A DNA stretch of 64,000 nt, from NCBI GenBank assembly GCA_963702845.1, contig OY969763.1, forward strand, positions 4,960,001 to 5,024,000, given 5' to 3'. Of this stretch, positions 21,567-30,663 are shown in pieces. Numbering within the stretch: the stretch's first letter is position 1; every line of letters begins with the position of its first letter. The translations under genes were made by a program, and so were the position numbers. The stretch is from an uncultured Verrucomicrobiae bacterium (lineage in GTDB: Bacteria; Verrucomicrobiota; Verrucomicrobiia; Limisphaerales; Palsa-1400). Below the pieces are notes generated by a model. That model ran no database searches. It was not told where the DNA came from and worked only from the letters and a program-made list of their open reading frames with translations.

Positions 21567-21758
21567 ATGAAGCGTTTTTGGTTATACAACGGACTTGTTT
21601 CCGCTTCGCTTTTTGTTGTTTGGTTCTGTCTCAACGCGACCCATGTGGACATGGAGCCAGACGTTGCATACGCGCTGTTCGGGATATTTTTTCTGGGGTT
21701 TTACGTTTCTCGCGGTTTTCGCAACACACTTTCGTTATCGCGATATTTTCCGCGATAG
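21567..21758 (+). CDS. Short membrane protein, possibly a truncated cassette gene
   Basis: Two hydrophobic segments; co-oriented and adjacent to cassette 3. Confidence 0.35.
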   Translation: MKRFWLYNGLVSASLFVVWFCLNATHVDMEPDVAYALFGIFFLGFYVSRGFRNTLSLSRYFPR

Positions 21759-21919
21759 GATGGAGACGTCGTGAGTATCGCCGTTTGCATATGCATCTTG
21801 CGTCGAATTTTTCGCGGCTATTGATGGCGTCAAGTGCGCTGCAGACGGTGGGACGACGCCGGAGAAACTATATTGACGCGACCGCCGCGCCGCCCCCCGA
21901 TTCAAAAATCTGTGCTGTT

Positions 21920-22101
21920 ACCCAGGGTAGCGCCCTGCTGCCACCGCAACCCTGGGCTGAATGCTGCAACTCCTTCGGAGTTGTGTTTGTCGGTGAAAGG
22001 TTTTCTTTGAGGACGAGCGCGGTTGCACAAGCGCCGCGTGAGGGCACGCGGCCTACATTGCGGCAGACGGTTTTGAGGACGAGGCAGCGCCTCGTTCCTA
22101 C
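21920..22101. repeat. Cluster of REP-like palindromes
   Basis: cccagggt...accctggg plus caactcc-ttc-ggagttg; two minus-strand GTAG-led hairpins (gtaggccgcgtgccctcacgcggc and gtaggaacgaggcgctgcctcgtcc). Confidence 0.75.
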
Positions 22102-22105
22102 CATT

Positions 22106-23089
22106 TTACTGGTTCGGGCGTTGGTCTAATTTTGCGACTTCCAGGGAAAGTGGGGCGCGAGTCCATTGGTTGAGGATGTTTCCTTTGGCATCGAGGAATT
22201 TGCCGTGCATTTCTGTTGGCGATAATTCGATGCTGAGGAATCCCAATGTCGACCGGTAGAATGGGCCGTAGTCTTTGTATTTTTGAGGGCGTAATTTGCC
22301 GGCGGCGCCGCTGATCAGGAACTGGGTTTGCGTGCCGGCGGGTTCGTTTCGCTGCAGGTCATGATCGTGGCCGGTGATGTAGGCATCGACCTTGTATTGG
22401 TTGAAGAGGGGCAAGAGTTGCTTGCGCATCTTGAGGATGTTGGCGTCGTGACCGTGGCCGCCGTTGGAAAAGATGGGGTGATGCGCGACGACGAATTTCC
22501 AACGAGCGGTCGAAGCGCTGAGTTGTTCGCGCAACCACGCGAGCTGTTTTTCGCCCATTTTCTTGTCGCTGTATTTCTCGATATGTGAATCGCCATCCCA
22601 CAATGCGCTGTCGATCAGGAAGAAGTCCGCTTGCACATCGTCGATGGAGAAACTGCGCTTATACCAATGGCCATCCATCTGCCACCGGCTTTTGGGATTG
22701 GCCTTCGAGTAAGCGATTTCCACGTCCGGAGAGTCCGTTTTCCAATCGTGATTTCCCAGAACGGCGAGGAAGGGCACGGGCAACGCCTTCGACTCGTACA
22801 TGCTTTCGAATTTTGTGTTCCATTGCGGGTCGCGAACGCTGGTGACGCCCTCGGGATAAAAATTGTCGCCGAGGACCAGCACGAAATTCAGTGGCGAACT
22901 GGCGTGGGTTTGCTGCGCGTATTTGCCCATCGCGTCTGCGACAGTCGTTTGCATGACCGTTCCGCTACCGGCATCGCCGATGGCAAGGAAATGGAGGTTC
23001 GCAGCATGCACAGCGCCCTGGAGCAGCAGTACCGAGCTGAGGGATAAGAATGACTTTGAGGCGGCTCTAATTATCTGGATGTGCTTCAT
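22106..23089 (-). CDS. Secreted metallophosphoesterase, purple/tartrate-resistant acid phosphatase type
   Basis: GDAG, GDNFY, GNHD, HH and GHDH metal-ligand motifs; signal peptide. Confidence 0.9.
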   Translation of the reverse strand: MKHIQIIRAASKSFLSLSSVLLLQGAVHAANLHFLAIGDAGSGTVMQTTVADAMGKYAQQTHASSPLNFVLVLGDNFYPEGVTSVRDPQWNTKFESMYESKALPVPFLAVLGNHDWKTDSPDVEIAYSKANPKSRWQMDGHWYKRSFSIDDVQADFFLIDSALWDGDSHIEKYSDKKMGEKQLAWLREQLSASTARWKFVVAHHPIFSNGGHGHDANILKMRKQLLPLFNQYKVDAYITGHDHDLQRNEPAGTQTQFLISGAAGKLRPQKYKDYGPFYRSTLGFLSIELSPTEMHGKFLDAKGNILNQWTRAPLSLEVAKLDQRPNQ

Positions 23090-23380
23090 CTGGCTTCAAT
23101 GTATTGCGGTGATTCGACGTTGGGCGATGGAGTGTTATTGCAGAAAAATGCAATGGTGGCTTTTCTGTTCATTTCAAACACTACGGCTCAGCACCGCGCG
23201 CCATGCCAAGAACGATGGTGTCATAAATTGACGTGTGTCAGATAGCTTCATTTCAAGCTTTAGCAGATGTTCAATGCAAGGGTCGCTGTTGAAGGAGGTT
23301 GTTCCCTCCATTGAAAATGAACCATGCTATGGTTTGACTCCTTCCGCTTGGCGCTGTGATTTACAAAGGATTGCTGGTTT

Positions 23381-23941
23381 TTAATAAATGAATGGGATGA
23401 GGCGTTTGGTGCGCTGGGCGTAGTTGGCGTATTGCGGTTTTAGGGCTTCGAGGAGGGCGGATTCTTCGATGTGGATGCGCCAGAGCATGACGGCGACGCA
23501 GGGCACGACGAGGATGAAAAAGGATGCCCAGTTGTGAAAGGTGAATGCGAAGGCGATGACGGTGAGGAGGCTGCCGGTGTAGCTCGGGTGACGGATGAAA
23601 CGGTAGGGGCCGGAGTCGATCACGCGATGGCCGGGGTGGATGGCAACGTTGACGGTGAAAAAGCGGCCGAGATAGAAAATCGAATACCAGCGCAGAACGA
23701 TCCCGAAAACGAACAGGGTACAGACGGTCGCAGTAACGATGGTTGATCGCGGGAAATGACAGGCTGGAATTTTGTCGGCGGCAATGAAGGCGAGGACGAC
23801 GGCGCTCAGATTGACCATCCAGATAAGACGCAAGGACCGACGGTCTTTGACGGTGGCGTCGGCGCGGGCGCGTTTTACAAAATTAAGGGCGAGTTCGGAA
23901 AAACCCCAAAACAGGCCGAGTAGTTGAGGAGGATAATTCAC
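23381..23941 (-). CDS. Isoprenylcysteine carboxyl methyltransferase (ICMT/PEMT) family membrane protein
   Basis: GPYRFIRHPSYTG and RIHIEESAL motifs; multiple TM helices. Confidence 0.88.
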   Translation of the reverse strand: MNYPPQLLGLFWGFSELALNFVKRARADATVKDRRSLRLIWMVNLSAVVLAFIAADKIPACHFPRSTIVTATVCTLFVFGIVLRWYSIFYLGRFFTVNVAIHPGHRVIDSGPYRFIRHPSYTGSLLTVIAFAFTFHNWASFFILVVPCVAVMLWRIHIEESALLEALKPQYANYAQRTKRLIPFIY

Positions 23942-24136
23942 TGGATGGAGCAGCCTAAGAATAGAGCGTTAACACAGTCAACAGCAGACTAAGGTTGTTT
24001 GTGAAAGCCATCGGGAACGTCATAACACGATGCTGCAGTCACACCCGGGGGTAATTGAACGCCGTTGGTAGTCGCCGAAAAAGAAGGTCGCACCTTTCGG
24101 TTTTGACGTTTTGAGAGGGGTTGTCAATGCTGGGTC

Positions 24137-25012
24137 GTGCAACGGAACCAACCCAACAAAACCGGTGTGAGAGTATTCGTTTGGTTCTTCATCGTGCTTG
24201 GAGTGGTAATCATTGGTGCCGGCATAAATTTGGCGTTTCAAAGTATTCGCTGCAAAGATTGGCCGACGACTCAGGGAATTATTCGCACGGCGGAGATGGG
24301 GCGGCATCGGGGTAATAAAGGTGGCACTACTTATTCGGCGAATGTTTCTTATGATTATTCCGTCGGTGGCTCGCGTTATACCGGAAAAAAGGTGGCATTC
24401 GGTATGATGTCGGCCTCGTCCAGCTATGCTCGAGGTATTCTAGAACGATATCCGATTGGCGCGAAGGTGCCGGTGTATTATTCGCCCGACAATCCGGAAA
24501 CGGCGGTGTTGGAAACAGGGGTTCACGGAGGCACCTGGATTTGTTTTGGAGTGGGGAGTGTATTCGTGTTGGTTGGAGTCATGTTTCTTCAATTGATGAA
24601 GCCGCAATCGGACGCAAACCAAACAGCGCCTGCGCCTGGAAGAACGGATGGCACGCGGATCAGGGCACCACAGATATTGATGGCGGTCATCATATTTTTA
24701 TTCGGAGCATTTCCCATCATCGGAGCGCAAACGAATCCTAGTAACCCGATTGTCATGTATTCGTTCGGCGGGGTGTTCTGCGTTGTTGGTTTGTACGTCC
24801 TGACATACCGGCCGGGGCAAGTTCGCGTGCAGCGATTTTTTTCGGTCGCAATCTCGGTAGTGATGCTGGGAGTCTTTACTTGGCTCACGTACGGCTCAGG
24901 AGAGGTGGATCTGTTTTCTCGGGTTATTGTCGGCGTGTTAGATTTCATTTTTCTGGCGGTCGCGGCGAGATGGTTGTTCAAACGCATGAAGGTGAGAGCG
25001 CGTGGTTTATGA
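24137..25012 (+). CDS. DUF3592-like membrane protein
   Basis: TM-WPTTQG...YDYSVGG...VPVYYSPDNPETAVL-TM architecture plus four further TM helices. Confidence 0.75.
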   Translation: MQRNQPNKTGVRVFVWFFIVLGVVIIGAGINLAFQSIRCKDWPTTQGIIRTAEMGRHRGNKGGTTYSANVSYDYSVGGSRYTGKKVAFGMMSASSSYARGILERYPIGAKVPVYYSPDNPETAVLETGVHGGTWICFGVGSVFVLVGVMFLQLMKPQSDANQTAPAPGRTDGTRIRAPQILMAVIIFLFGAFPIIGAQTNPSNPIVMYSFGGVFCVVGLYVLTYRPGQVRVQRFFSVAISVVMLGVFTWLTYGSGEVDLFSRVIVGVLDFIFLAVAARWLFKRMKVRARGL

Positions 25013-25755
25013 CGCGTAATCATTGTCTTAAGGTGAATCTGGGATGTTGTGCGATTTTAGGCTGGCTCCTGGTGGCAAGCTTCGTCTTCGCGCAAGAACG
25101 TCCGGTCATTGCCGCACCGCGAGACGATCTTTTCCAAGCTGAAAAATCTGTGTCCGCAAAAATGGACTACCTCTTGTTCCTCCCGCAGGGTTACGAAAAG
25201 TCCGAACGAAAATGGCCTGTGCTGCTGTATCTTCACGGCGCGGGTGAATGTGGGACGAACCTGAATATCCTGAAACGCAACGGGCCGACCAAGTACGTCC
25301 TGACGCATCCTGAGTTCCCACTCATTCTGGTGTCTCCGCAAACGAAGGGAGGTTGGGATGATCGTGCGGTGATACGGCTTTTGGATGAGGTCGCCAGCCG
25401 GTATCGAGTGGAAAGGAATCAGATTTATCTGACCGGCGTGAGTATGGGCGGAGGGGCAGTTTGGAATATCGCGGCCAAGCATCCGGAGAGATTCGCGGCG
25501 GTGGTTCCCGTTTCCGGAGTCGGCGACGTGGCGATGGCCAGTAAGTTGGCGACTTTACCGGTTTGGGTTTTCCATGGCGCGCGCGACACAATCATCTCAG
25601 TGGAGTGGTCGCGGAAAATGGTCGCAGCGCTCAAGGCTGCGGGTGGATCCGTTAAGTACACGGAGTTTCCCAAATCCAAACACAATGTCTGGTCAAAAAC
25701 TTACGACAATCCGGAGCTGTATACGTGGTTGTTGGAACAGAGACGGCGCTCCTAG
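25009..25755 (+). CDS. Secreted alpha/beta hydrolase (phospholipase/carboxylesterase, predicted peptidase)
   Basis: LYLHGAGE, GVSMGG and VFHGARD motifs, catalytic His (KHNVW). Confidence 0.85.
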   Translation: MTRNHCLKVNLGCCAILGWLLVASFVFAQERPVIAAPRDDLFQAEKSVSAKMDYLLFLPQGYEKSERKWPVLLYLHGAGECGTNLNILKRNGPTKYVLTHPEFPLILVSPQTKGGWDDRAVIRLLDEVASRYRVERNQIYLTGVSMGGGAVWNIAAKHPERFAAVVPVSGVGDVAMASKLATLPVWVFHGARDTIISVEWSRKMVAALKAAGGSVKYTEFPKSKHNVWSKTYDNPELYTWLLEQRRRS

Positions 25756-25804
25756 TATTACTATTTGTTTGCGGGCGTTATCGATGCTACTATCTCCGCC
25801 GACC

Positions 25805-27235
25805 ATGTTAAATGATCCCGCTGAAATAAAGGCCGAGATTATCCGGCTGGCTAAAGAATTTTCACGCCTGACGCACGGGGCTAATCGGCCCGGTTACGAG
25901 GCCACGCCTGACAATGTGCGCAAACCGAAGTTTGTGCCCGGCCAAACCACCGTGCCCTACGCCGGACGGGTGTTTGATGAAAATGAAGTGGCGGCGGCGG
26001 TTTCGAGCACGCTGGATTTTTGGCTGACGCTTGGGAAAGAAGGCGAAGGGTTTGAGGCCGAACTGGCACAGTTTCTCGGCGTTAAAAACAGCATCGTTTG
26101 TAACTCCGGATCATCGGCGAATTTATTGGCGGTTTCGGCGTTGTCTTCGCAGAAGCTCGGGAACCGGCGCGTGAAGGTTGGTGATGAGGTCATTACGGTC
26201 GCGGCAGGTTTTCCGACGACGGTTGCGCCGATTGTGCAAAACGGGTTTGTGCCGGTGTTTATTGATAATGATCCGGTGACGCTGAATGCGCGCGTGGATC
26301 AACTTGAAGACGCTTATGTCGAAGGGAAAACGAAGGCGGTTATTTTTGCGCACACGCTCGGTAATCCGTTCAACCTCTCGGCCGTTCAGGAGTTCTGCAA
26401 GAAGCATAATCTGTGGCTGATTGAAGACAACTGCGACGCGCTTGGTTGCAAATACGACGATAAATTTACGGGCACGTTCGGCGATCTTTCCACGCAGTCG
26501 TTTTATCCTCCGCACCATCTGACGCTCGGCGAAGGCGGGGCGGTGAATATTGTTGAGAGCTTGAAGTTCAAATCGATCATCGAGAGCTTTCGTGATTGGG
26601 GTCGTGATTGCTGGTGCGCTTCTGGCAAGGACAATACTTGCGGCAAGCGGTTTGATTGGAAACTCGGTGAGTTGCCGAAGGGTTACGATCACAAGTTCAT
26701 TTATTCGCACTTTGGCTACAACTTGAAGCCGCTGGATATTCAAGCGGCGATTGGGCGCGTGCAGATTAATAAGCTGCCGCAGTTCATTCAGGCGCGCATC
26801 GACAACTGGGAATATCTGCGCAATGGCTTGCGCGATCTGGAAGAGTTTTTCGATTTCATGTTACCGACGCATGCGACGAGTTGGTCACCGAAGGGTTTTA
26901 CGTGGGACGACTCCGGGCACAAGACTGTGTGCTCGTGGTTTGGTTTTATGATTCGCGTGAAACCGACTGCGCCGTTCAGCAAGTTTGAATTTGCGCATCA
27001 CTTGGACGATCACAAAATCATGAACCGGATGTTGTTCGGTGGAAATCTGCTGCGGCAGCCGGTGTTCGTGCAGTTGAAAAAGGATCGTCCGGATGCGTTT
27101 CGCGTGGTGGGCGATTTGAAGGGCGCGGATACGATCATGACTGAGGCGCTCTTTATCGGGACTTATCCCGGTCTGACGCGCGAGATGTTGGATTACATCA
27201 TCGACGCGATTCACAAGTTTTGTCGGTCTAAATAA
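25805..27235 (+). CDS. rfbH: CDP-4-keto-6-deoxyglucose-3-dehydratase (DegT/DnrJ family, RfbH/AscC)
   Basis: NSGSSANL, SFYPPHHLTLGEGG (His in place of the PLP Lys), DCWC...TC Fe-S motif, YDHKFIYSHFGYNLK. Confidence 0.9.
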   Translation: MLNDPAEIKAEIIRLAKEFSRLTHGANRPGYEATPDNVRKPKFVPGQTTVPYAGRVFDENEVAAAVSSTLDFWLTLGKEGEGFEAELAQFLGVKNSIVCNSGSSANLLAVSALSSQKLGNRRVKVGDEVITVAAGFPTTVAPIVQNGFVPVFIDNDPVTLNARVDQLEDAYVEGKTKAVIFAHTLGNPFNLSAVQEFCKKHNLWLIEDNCDALGCKYDDKFTGTFGDLSTQSFYPPHHLTLGEGGAVNIVESLKFKSIIESFRDWGRDCWCASGKDNTCGKRFDWKLGELPKGYDHKFIYSHFGYNLKPLDIQAAIGRVQINKLPQFIQARIDNWEYLRNGLRDLEEFFDFMLPTHATSWSPKGFTWDDSGHKTVCSWFGFMIRVKPTAPFSKFEFAHHLDDHKIMNRMLFGGNLLRQPVFVQLKKDRPDAFRVVGDLKGADTIMTEALFIGTYPGLTREMLDYIIDAIHKFCRSK

Positions 27236-27236
27236 G

Positions 27237-27274
27237 AAAAGCGCCAGAGGACTGGCGCAGTCCAAAAGCTTCGC
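27237..27274. repeat. REP-like palindrome between convergent genes
   Basis: gcgccag-agga-ctggcgc followed by agtccaaaa. Confidence 0.6.
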
Positions 27275-27311
27275 CGTAATCGACGTCTCAGAAGCGCTTG
27301 AGCGTCTTGGA

Positions 27312-28919
27312 TCAAATGTCCACCGTTGGACGAAACTGCGGTTCGAACCGCGCTTTCGTTGCTTGCTCGAAGGAATACGCAATCGCGAGCAAGACCGGTT
27401 CGCTGAATGCGCGGCCAAAAAACGAAATCCCAACAGGCAGTCCCATGTGCTGCGCTGCGGGGACGTTGATGTTCGGGTAACCGGCGATGGCCGCCGGACC
27501 GGAACTGCCGCCGGTGCCGCGATCGCCGTAGATGACGTCGATAGGATCGGCGGGGCCGCCGCTTGGGGCTGCGATGGCGTCGAGTTTGTGCTGGTTCATG
27601 ACGGCATCGATTCCTTCGTCACGTGTTGAGCGGCGGCATTTTTCCAGCGCCTCGCGATATGCCTGGTCAGTGAGCGGCCCGAGCGCTTGTGAGGCGAGAA
27701 AATCTTCCTGGCCGAAATATTGGAGCTCGCGGTTTTTGTTGCGGTCGTTGAACTCGATCAGCTCGGCGAGATTGCGAGGGTGGGATTTTGACCCGAGCCA
27801 TTCAAGGTATTCGTTCACACCGGCTTTGAATTCGTAATGGAGCACGACGCTTTCAGCGCCACCCCAATTCGTAAGTTTGTCTTTGAACGGCACGAGAACC
27901 GCGCCTTGTCGCTCCATCGCTTCGAGCGAGGTGCGAAGCAAGCTGTCGCCCATTGATGCACTTGTGAAAAATTGGCGGGCGACGCCGATACGTTTTCCGC
28001 GCAGTCCGTCGGGGTCGAGGAATTTTGTGTAATCAACGCCCGAGTTGATGCGGGAGTCCATCGTAACGCCATCCCGACGATCGAACCCCAGCAGCGTAGT
28101 GAGTAAAATTGCAGCATCGGTGACGGTGCGCGCCATCGGACCGGCGGTGTCTTGGGTGCGTGAAATTGGAATGATTCCGAAACGGCTGATGAGGCCGACG
28201 GTCGGTTTGATGCCGACGATGCCGCACATATTTGCCGGCGAAATAACGGAGCCGTTGGTTTCGGTTCCGATGGCCACGGCGCACAGGTTCGCTGCTACGG
28301 CCGCCGCTGAACCAGAACTTGACCCGGAAGGGTTGCGGTCGAGAACGTATGGATTCCTCGTTTGCCCGCCGCGTCCGCTCCAACCGCTAATCGAATGGTC
28401 ACCGCGAAAGTTGGCCCATTCGGTCATGTTTGTTTTACCAAGGATTACAGCGCCAGCATCGCGGAGGCGTTTGGCAACGAATGCGTCACCGGGGGCGACG
28501 GAGCCTTCCAAGGCGAGCGAGCCTGCTGTCGTGCTCATCCGGTCGTGGGTGGCGATATTGTCTTTGATCAGGACCGGGATGCCGTGCATGGGGCCGCGCG
28601 GTCCTTTTTCTTTGCGCTCTCGGTCGAGGCCGCGCGCGATGAGGAGTGCGTCTGGATTTAATTCCAGGACGGCGCGCAGCTTTGGTCCCCGACGGTCCAG
28701 ATCGTTGATCCGCTCGAGGTACTTTTTACAAATTGACACGGAAGATTCGTGACCGGAGACCATCGATTGCTGCATGTCGGCAATGGTCGCTTCGGCCAAA
28801 CGGAATCGTTTTGAGGTCCGGTTTTCGGCGCTTTTCGAAGACTTCGGCGCTTGGGTATAGCCGGTTAACACAGGGACCGTGGTGAGAGCGCTAATCTTCA
28901 GGAAATCGCGGCGGTTCAT
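27312..28919 (-). CDS. Tat-exported amidase (amidase signature family)
   Basis: NRRDFLK Tat motif; [15 protein letters not shown] and GTETNGS motifs. Confidence 0.92.
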   Translation of the reverse strand: MNRRDFLKISALTTVPVLTGYTQAPKSSKSAENRTSKRFRLAEATIADMQQSMVSGHESSVSICKKYLERINDLDRRGPKLRAVLELNPDALLIARGLDRERKEKGPRGPMHGIPVLIKDNIATHDRMSTTAGSLALEGSVAPGDAFVAKRLRDAGAVILGKTNMTEWANFRGDHSISGWSGRGGQTRNPYVLDRNPSGSSSGSAAAVAANLCAVAIGTETNGSVISPANMCGIVGIKPTVGLISRFGIIPISRTQDTAGPMARTVTDAAILLTTLLGFDRRDGVTMDSRINSGVDYTKFLDPDGLRGKRIGVARQFFTSASMGDSLLRTSLEAMERQGAVLVPFKDKLTNWGGAESVVLHYEFKAGVNEYLEWLGSKSHPRNLAELIEFNDRNKNRELQYFGQEDFLASQALGPLTDQAYREALEKCRRSTRDEGIDAVMNQHKLDAIAAPSGGPADPIDVIYGDRGTGGSSGPAAIAGYPNINVPAAQHMGLPVGISFFGRAFSEPVLLAIAYSFEQATKARFEPQFRPTVDI

Positions 28920-29042
28920 GGGTTTATCCAGACACGAACGTTAGTTTTTCTCAATGAAATAGCGAAAAAGCAGACAATCCCGCCTGCAGAATCAAAAAAC
29001 TTGCTAAATGGCGCTCCACTGTTAACTTTTACGGCTCGATTT

Positions 29043-29285
29043 ATGAAAGCGGATATTCATCCTAAATACATTGATGCGGAGATTCGTTGCGCTTGCGGGA
29101 ACGTGATTAAAACGCGTTCAACCAAGGCCACGACAATTCTCGGCATTTGCAACGTTTGCCATCCTTTCTACACTGGAACCCAGAAGTTCGTGGACACTGC
29201 CGGTCGCGTGGACAAGTTCCAACAGCGTATGGCCAAGACGCAGCAGGCCCAGGCCGCTGCCGCCAGCAAAAAGAAAAAGAAGTAG
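29043..29285 (+). CDS. rpmE: 50S ribosomal protein L31 (Zn-binding form)
   Basis: [29 protein letters not shown]. Confidence 0.96.
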   Translation: MKADIHPKYIDAEIRCACGNVIKTRSTKATTILGICNVCHPFYTGTQKFVDTAGRVDKFQQRMAKTQQAQAAAASKKKKK

Positions 29286-29297
29286 CGAGATTTACGT

Positions 29298-29347
29298 CAA
29301 CCGCCCGCAACACCCGCCAAAAACGGGGTGCGGGCGGTTGTGTTTTT
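29298..29347 (+). terminator. Rho-independent terminator after rpmE
   Basis: caaccgcccgca/tgcgggcggttg stem followed by tgttttt. Confidence 0.75.
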
Positions 29348-29363
29348 GTAGCCGATTGGCGGG

Positions 29364-29436
29364 AACTTCAAATCTCAAACTCCAATTTGGGATTTGGCTT
29401 TCGGAGCTTCCTAGGAACTTGGAGATTGGAGCTTTT
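29364..29436. repeat. Heptamer-based inverted repeat element (AACTCCA/TGGAGTT family), copy 1
   Basis: Left arm is 20/22 identical to 43048-43069; right arm is TTGGAG-type tandem units. Confidence 0.75.
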
Positions 29437-29441
29437 GAAAA

Positions 29442-30521
29442 ATGGACTTACGCCCTTACATCGAAAATTTTCGCATACGCTTCGACGAATTAGAAACGGC
29501 CGTCGCAGACCCGAAGCTTTTTGACAATCCGCAGAAGGCGCAGGAGACGACGCGCGAGTATTCGCGGTTGAAAGACCTCGTTGCGGCGTGCGACCGTTAC
29601 ACCAAGGTCACCGCCGACATTGCATCGCATCGCGCGATGTTGAAGACCGAGCCCGAAGGTAGCGAGCTTGCGCAAATGGCGCGTGAGGAAATCACGGCGC
29701 TCGAAGCCGAGGAAAGTAAATTGACGAAAGCAGTGTTGGTCGGCCTCGTGCCGCCTGATCCGGCTGATTCGCGCAATACGATTATCGAAATTCGCGCGGG
29801 AGCGGGTGGATCTGAGTCGGCGCTTTTCTCCGCTGACCTTTACCGCATGTATACCCGCTACGCCGAAGCCCATGGGTGGAAAATCGAAACGATGGACAGC
29901 AGCCCGTCAGACCTCGGCGGTTTTCGAGAAATCATTTTTGGCGTCACAGGCACCGATGTTTACAAGCGTTTAAAATACGAGAGCGGGGTTCATCGCGTGC
30001 AACGCGTTCCCGCAACGGAAGCGCAAGGACGCATTCACACCAGTACGTGCACGGTCGCGGTGTTGCCGGAAGCGCAGGAAGTGGACGTCGAAATTAAACC
30101 CGACGACTTGGATATCACCTGCTGCCGCGCGTCCGGTCCTGGTGGCCAAGGGGTCAACACAACCGACTCCGCTGTGCAAATTATCCACAGGCCGACGGGC
30201 GTTACGGTGCGTTGCGCGGATGAACGTTCTCAGCAAAAAAACAGGTTGAAGGCCATGCGGGTGTTGCGTTCGCGCATCCTGGAAGCGCGCGTCGCAGAGG
30301 AACATGCGAAGTATGCGGCGCAACGCAAAGCGCAGGTCGGCACTGGCGAACGCAATGAACGCATTCGCACTTACAATTTTCCGCAGAACCGTGTGACCGA
30401 TCATCGCATCGAAGTGACGCTGTATAATCTTCCGACGTTCATCGAGGGAGAGATCGATGACATGATCGATCCGCTGATGGCACAGGACACGGAAGAAAAA
30501 CTGGCAGCGTTGAAGGTGTAA
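29442..30521 (+). CDS. prfA: Peptide chain release factor 1
   Basis: PAT motif (RVPATEAQGRIHTS), GGQ, RIRTYNFPQNRVTDHR. Confidence 0.97.
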   Translation: MDLRPYIENFRIRFDELETAVADPKLFDNPQKAQETTREYSRLKDLVAACDRYTKVTADIASHRAMLKTEPEGSELAQMAREEITALEAEESKLTKAVLVGLVPPDPADSRNTIIEIRAGAGGSESALFSADLYRMYTRYAEAHGWKIETMDSSPSDLGGFREIIFGVTGTDVYKRLKYESGVHRVQRVPATEAQGRIHTSTCTVAVLPEAQEVDVEIKPDDLDITCCRASGPGGQGVNTTDSAVQIIHRPTGVTVRCADERSQQKNRLKAMRVLRSRILEARVAEEHAKYAAQRKAQVGTGERNERIRTYNFPQNRVTDHRIEVTLYNLPTFIEGEIDDMIDPLMAQDTEEKLAALKV

Positions 30522-30589
30522 GGTAGAGCGTGTCGCTCCGCGACCGCCTTTCTTCAATTTTTGCGGCGCTAAACGGCATGCGCCCTACC
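30522..30589. repeat. Pair of GTAG-type REP-like remnants after prfA
   Basis: ggtagagcg... and ...cgccctacc inverted ends. Confidence 0.5.
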
Positions 30590-30663
30590 CTGCTACAAGC
30601 CTGCTTGCCTCTTCGCGCTGATTTGGCAACTATCAGCGCAGCCGATCCAATGGAGCAGCGCCA

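Larger units (their letters stand above)
19575..21758 (+). mobile_element. Probable integron gene-cassette array lacking an integrase (CALIN-like), partly decayed
   Basis: GTTAGGC core site 3 nt before the first ATG; attC-like site at 21037-21133; TAAC-starting attC-like left arms at ~20494-20530; co-oriented orphan ORFs. Confidence 0.6.

Noticed and set aside
23119..23130. GTTGGGC followed by ATG as a cassette start
   Set aside because: Only a very short ORF follows and there is no matching left arm; likely chance
24020..24070. Possible further attC site (CATAACACGATGCTGCAG...GCCGTTGGTA)
   Set aside because: Arms pair poorly, no cassette ORF ends before it, and it is too weak without a covariance-model score
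25574..25804. N-terminal extension of rfbH
   Set aside because: Overlaps the hydrolase gene. Family similarity begins at MLNDPAEIK (25805).
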